Source: the human T2T-CHM13v2.0 reference genome, Homo sapiens | Strand: one strand, 5' to 3' | Assembly (NCBI RefSeq): GCF_009914755.1 | Contig: NC_060932.1 | Length of the DNA: 64,000 nucleotides | Shown: piece after piece, positions 56,941 through 64,000 of the stretch | Position numbering within the stretch: the stretch's first letter is position 1 | How the letters are laid out: every line of letters begins with the position of its first letter | Made by a program: the position numbers and the translations under genes | The notes under the pieces: model-generated | Told to the model about the DNA's origin: nothing | The model's input: only the letters and a program-made list of their open reading frames with translations | Database searches by the model: none

Positions 56941-58646
56941 TAGATGTGAATCCAAAATTGGAAAAAAATAAGGGATCTGTACAAATTTTGATTATGTAAA
57001 CTAAAAGATGAAAGAAGTATGAATCAACTTAAATGTAAGACAGAAAAATAAATTTTACATTTGACTTTCAATTAAAATTAAACAAGGGTTTGTATGATAT
57101 TCTGAAAACGTATAACATTTGCCTCAAATGTGGATCGCCTGATGAAGAATTCAAGACATCTATGGTCTAATGACTGTCAGAATCAGACTCTACAAAGGAA
57201 ATCAGAAAATGAAACAGAACAACTTTCTCTCTCCAAACTTTCCCCGTATTGGCACACTACTTGTATATCTGTGTTTCTAACAGCTGCACGTATGCTGTAA
57301 TTACAATGATCCAAGAAATAAAAAAACACTGAGTAACCTCCTGACTTGAGATGGTTAGCAGAGCAGGCCATAGGAGAGGTAAAAGATTTTCTTAGGAGTT
57401 GAATAATGCTAAATTTGATTGAATCCACTGATAACCACAATTTATTCTCCTAAACATTCTGCATAGAGAAAAATACTGATATTCAACAAAATTATACATG
57501 TTCCTTTAAATGATAACAAATAAACCAAAAATCAAAGATGATACCAACTGTCATGAACAAGGCCAAAAAAGATTTAACTGTCATGCAGGTAAAGGGATTA
57601 GTAATGATAGTTGAACTATTCTACTAGGGTGGCTACATTATTTAGCTCTGCCATCTCCACTGATGAAAATAACCTGGTAAATACCAGAACTTTGCCTTGC
57701 TTTATGGCCTTGAGGTGAGCATATGTCTTATTTTGCACACTTTATTACTTGTTAAGGAGACACAGTCCTGAAAAAGAAGTGTGGGTTCATATGCCAAACA
57801 TTCTGTATTCTATAGACAGTCTGAATTGATAAAAGTCTCATTCACCAGTTTTTCTAAACTGCAATTGTCCTCAACTCAGAAAAACAAAGAAACAGAACCT
57901 GCTAAGATCTACAACTTCCCTCCTACTCCAGATCAAAGAAAATGCCAAGGCAAAAAATAAATGTTTAGAAGTAAAATTCAAGACAAGTCAAAATAAACCA
58001 CAGTAAGATTAATGGTCTCTGATTTTTTTTTCAAACCAAACTGTAATCCCCTGCTCAAACGATTGTACTGATACATGTTAAAGATCTATAAACTCATACA
58101 ATTAAATCTGTTGAAAATACAAATCCAAAGGATGACTTCCTCTCTCTAAAATCTGTTCTTCCTGCTTCTAACATGACATATTGTGCAACTCTGATAAAAA
58201 TATTTACAACACAGAAATGTAACACTCCTAGCTCAAACATAAGACAGTACTTGGTAAGTTAATCATGTGATTCTTCTATTAGCCTTAGAATTTCATTAAG
58301 GGCCAAAATAAATTTAATAGCTGGAAACCAGTAGCTACCTTCTTAAAGTCCTGAATAATGCAGTAATAAAAAGAATTCACTAATATGAAAAGGCAACATA
58401 TATATCATAAGCATCTGAACTTGGGATAGCATAAACACTTTCCCGTGGGAAGCACAACTTGACAAGACTCCTACTTTTATAACCTGATCTGAGGGCTAAA
58501 AGCTCCCCAATAAAGATGATGCAAACACCCAATGCACAGCGCATTACACCCTAATGAAACAGCAAAGGCCGCGTTGTTAATGCAGGCCTCCATTCAGTAA
58601 TGGTTTAAATATAAGCATAATAAAGCAGATTAAAAAGAAAGAAGCT

Positions 58647-58968
<322 letters not shown>

Positions 58969-61900
58969 TTAAGAACTCGATCTCTTGTATTATTGGTCTC
59001 CATGTGAGCCTCTATGGCCGAATACAGATAGTAAATATTACATGAAAAGCTAACCAATCATGCTGCATCTATGATTTTTACAAATTTAAGCATGACAACT
59101 GATAGAACATGCTGGATAAATGAAAAATTGGAAAACTAACATCCTGGTCAAATCAATTAGCTCTAAGCTAGCCATTATAGCTTCTCTTGTTTTCTTGGTA
59201 AAGAATTTACATGTCTTCTGCTTTTAGGACTGGGCATGCTACCTCAAGGTGTTGGGGGGAGAATCTGATAAATGCCACACTCAGAAAGGACAGTCTTGGC
59301 TTTCTGATGGCTATTTACAGTGACCTCCATTATCCGGCTGGGGCTCTATCTTCTATGCAGCACAAAGAAACATTGTTATTTGGCAGTATTTTTACAAAGT
59401 TGTAATTCTTTGACTTAGTCATTTGTGATCTAATTTATACAAAAGTGGATATTATCAGCACAAGCATGTCTAAATTTCAATTATTCCTCCAAGTATATTT
59501 GAAATAACTTGCACTTAAACCGGGAAATCTTCGAATTTGTTTAAATTATGTACTTCTTTTCCCAACTGTATATCTCATATTTGCTCTCAAGTCCATTCAA
59601 ATTATTTAAAACCATCCATGTCAAACCAAAATATAGATCAAAGCCATAGAGTTCTTTCAGTGTTTTGCTTTTGGCTTCTGTTACTTTTTTTTTTTTTTTG
59701 GCCTAAAATGTCATAAATCTATCATTAACCACCAACTGTTCTGAATGTTTTTTAAAAAGCAAGTTTAATTGAAAAGGATTAATGAATTCTTCATCTATTA
59801 CTTCAATTAGCTTAAATTATGGACTTATATATAATTCCTAAAATTGAACGATTGTCTGTAATACTCATATTTACCAACATCTTTTTATCAGAATACACAC
59901 AGGCCATTAACTTACTATATATTTCTGACAAAACTACATTAAAGAAATTCTATAGTCAGCATTTTATCTCCCACAGCTTTTAGCCTCCACGAAGTTTAAC
60001 CACCAAGGAAAGAATCTCTCAAATAGCATTTCAGTAACATAAACTTGTTGGTATAAAAGGAAATTTCAGATGCGTTTTTATTCATTTTATGCATATAGAA
60101 AAACTGTTCAATATTTATTTCAGCATGAAGATACTAATAAGTTACTTATCTTCAGACATTTTTCTGCAGCAGTATCTGGCATATGTGCAAAGCATTCAAG
60201 ATTAGCATTCGATCTACAAGTATATTCAGTGTTATCCTCACAAATTGAAGTTAACCCTTTAGATGCGTTTCAAAATCCAATTGTTTGTTTGAAATAATCA
60301 CGCGCTGTTGCCACAGATTACTTTTTTCTATTTTTAACAGTATTATTTATCTTGGAAAAAAATTATCTTAACAAGATTATGTTCCTGCATGCTCTTTCCT
60401 ACCACTTTTTGTCTTCCTCGGTGTGTGCTGCAAGGATTTAGCAGACAGCATAGTCTAGGATCAGCTGTTTTATTTCTAGTTCTATTAGTTCAAACTCAGA
60501 TAGCTCACACATCTGTTTTACTTCTAAAATCACTGCCCAGGAAAAGTGTCCAGCTCCTTCTACCCAAACATAAACTTTACTATAAATAACTAAGAACCTA
60601 ACAAATAACTGTTTGGGGGAAATGGAAGTGTGTTTAAAAATCTGAATTCTTCCAAACTATAGGCCTTAGTAATTTTCGTTTTTAGAGTTTTCCCTGACAG
60701 CCTAGATCAGCTTCCCTCAGAAGTTGTCCCTAGAGTGAACAGACTGAAACGCCTGCCGGAAATCCAGGTATTAACTTCATATTACTTGCTAATTATAAAA
60801 CACTGTTTCACATACTGACATTATTCACTTCCAACCCTTTTATCTAAAACAAGTATTTGCTTCCCAATCATAGTTTGACAGCAGAGTGTATCTGACATAA
60901 GACAGTGAAATGATCTTTAATAGACAGCAGTTCAAAGCATGTAGCTTTCATGCATAATAACTATGTTGGGTTAATTTGCTGCTCCACAGAAATAATTCTA
61001 TCTGTGGAAAATCACAAACTAAGATGGAATTTTTAGAGAACTTTACCAAGATGAAACTGGTGTTTTAAGAGTTCTTTATATCTCCCTTAAAGTGATAAGA
61101 TTGCCATTCTGACATTTAAAGGACCAGGAAATTTCTCTTCTGATTCTTCTTACAAGTATTGCAAAATATGTTCACTACCTGTTATTTACAACCTCTTTGC
61201 CTGCTTTTCTTAATTGGTATTAGGTCAATAGAGAGGTCTGAGACAAATGAGCTGTAGCTATCAAGTGGATAAAAATGACTGATATTTTAAGGGATTTATT
61301 TCATTAGTTCTCTGGGTACTTCTAATCATTCCTAAAAAAAGTTACTAGTAAAGCTAATATGTTTTGAAATCCCCCTGGCCTTATAATACAATAAAAATCT
61401 ACAAACTGTAACAAAAACTAATACACTTTCTCAAGCTGACCATGAATTTTGACTATGCTAAAATTACTAAAATTAAATGTATACATTTATTTAGACTCAG
61501 TTCCATGTTTCGTTCTATTCAAAATGGTAACAGTTTCTTTTTTCCATTTCACATATGCCATAAACTAAAGACAGAAAGATAGAACAAAAAGGTAGGCTGT
61601 TTTTAATAAAAGTAAAAATCTAAATTATTACTAAATGCTTTCATAAATTATTGCCATTTTCCTTAAATGCAGAAAGGAATGCTTTATTGGCCCCTACCAA
61701 GGTCATTCTGCTGTCCCTAATACTTAAAATAACATTTACTTCTTTCTAATCAACATAAAATGTTATATCCCAGTTTTCATTTGCAATTATTTTGCCTTTT
61801 CAGGACTATCTCTGCAACCATCAATATGAACCGTCAGGATGAATATAAAATCAAATCCTAATCCAAGATACAGGAAATATCCTCACTGAAAGAAAGATTA

Positions 61901-62218
61901 TAGCAAAAGCCTTATAATCTAAAACTGGAACAAGGCATGAATTATTATCATGTGCAACCATAAAGATTAGTAACATTTTTGGAAGACTGTGAAAACATCA
62001 AATTACCATGACATATGCCCAGAATTGTGAAGCTTAGCTAATTCCATGAAAAGACTTTCCCAAATTTAAAAAAATGCTAGGATTGTTTTCCACAATAAGA
62101 GGCTAAAAGTTGTCTTTAGACAACTCTGAATATACTTGTATGAAGTAGCTATGGAGTGTGTCCATCTCTTCTGCTAGATCTAGCAGGCTACCTGTCTGGT
62201 ACTGGGACCTTGGTTTTA

Positions 62219-63310
<1,092 letters not shown>

Positions 63311-64000
63311 TTAAGGTGCATAATCAAATGCTTCCTCTAGGAAAAAAAAAAAAACCCATTCTAAAAACAGCAAAAAGTTGAGACTAAAACAAACAATTTA
63401 CATTTAGAATTACTTTTGTAACCAAGACTGGCTCATTTATTATTTTAAGGTGGTTTTAGGAATAATGAAGGATTTATTTTTATTACTAGGTTTACCCTCC
63501 CTATTACTTATTCTTTCCTGAAAATATATTTTTGCCCAATTTCTTCCTTTGATTGTAGCTAACAATATATATGCATGCTTATATATTTATATATGGTCTA
63601 TATTATATATAACATGTACACATGTTATGTTTATAAAATACATATATGTGTTTATGGTTATAGAATACATCACATTTATTTATATGGTACATATATGTAT
63701 ACATAAATAACATAAATTGGAATTCGATATTGTTACCCTATGTAACCGGGTTGTAAATATAGTTTCAAACAAAATATCTTCATAGTCAAAAAGACAGAAA
63801 CAGCTATGTTATAAACAGAGTGAAAACTGCCTCATCACTTTCAGGAAGCGGAGGATGACAAACGTTCCAGCTCTGACCTACCAACAAATTTCTTTGAGCC
63901 ACATTTGGGGCTTGCCTGAAAGTCAGAAGAAAGACCTGCTATGCATCACAGTGGTCAGATCAGGTTTTCCTAGGACTCTGTCCAGCATGCTGGGGAACCT

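Noticed and set aside
62171-62186. 16-bp palindrome CTGCTAGATCTAGCAG
   Set aside because: About one such palindrome is expected by chance in a window this size.

Overview
This is mammalian (human-type) genomic DNA from inside the TRPS1 gene, a GATA-type/Ikaros-like zinc-finger transcriptional repressor, transcribed on the minus strand. Three coding exons have canonical AG/GT boundaries and join in one reading frame: 63219-62291 (929 nt), 48160-47031 (1130 nt) and 30757-30154 (604 nt). They correspond to exons 3-5 in the usual numbering, recalled from memory. The GATA-finger and IKZF exons lie beyond position 1, so 1-30153 is part of one very long intron. The rest is AT-rich intron with Alu, L1, L2, MIR, THE1 LTR and MER DNA-transposon relics plus microsatellites. 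There are no rRNA, tRNA, CRISPR or prokaryotic features, and I cannot support a new multi-gene system. The best leads are RNA-level: an unexplained 33-bp inverted repeat at 34452-34563, a 5' splice site re-created at the exon 3/4 junction, a stop-free exon 4+5 circle (1734 nt), an intronic poly(A) candidate just after exon 4, and a head-to-head THE1 LTR pair. Repeat subfamily names come from recalled consensus sequences, and boundaries of old repeats are approximate.
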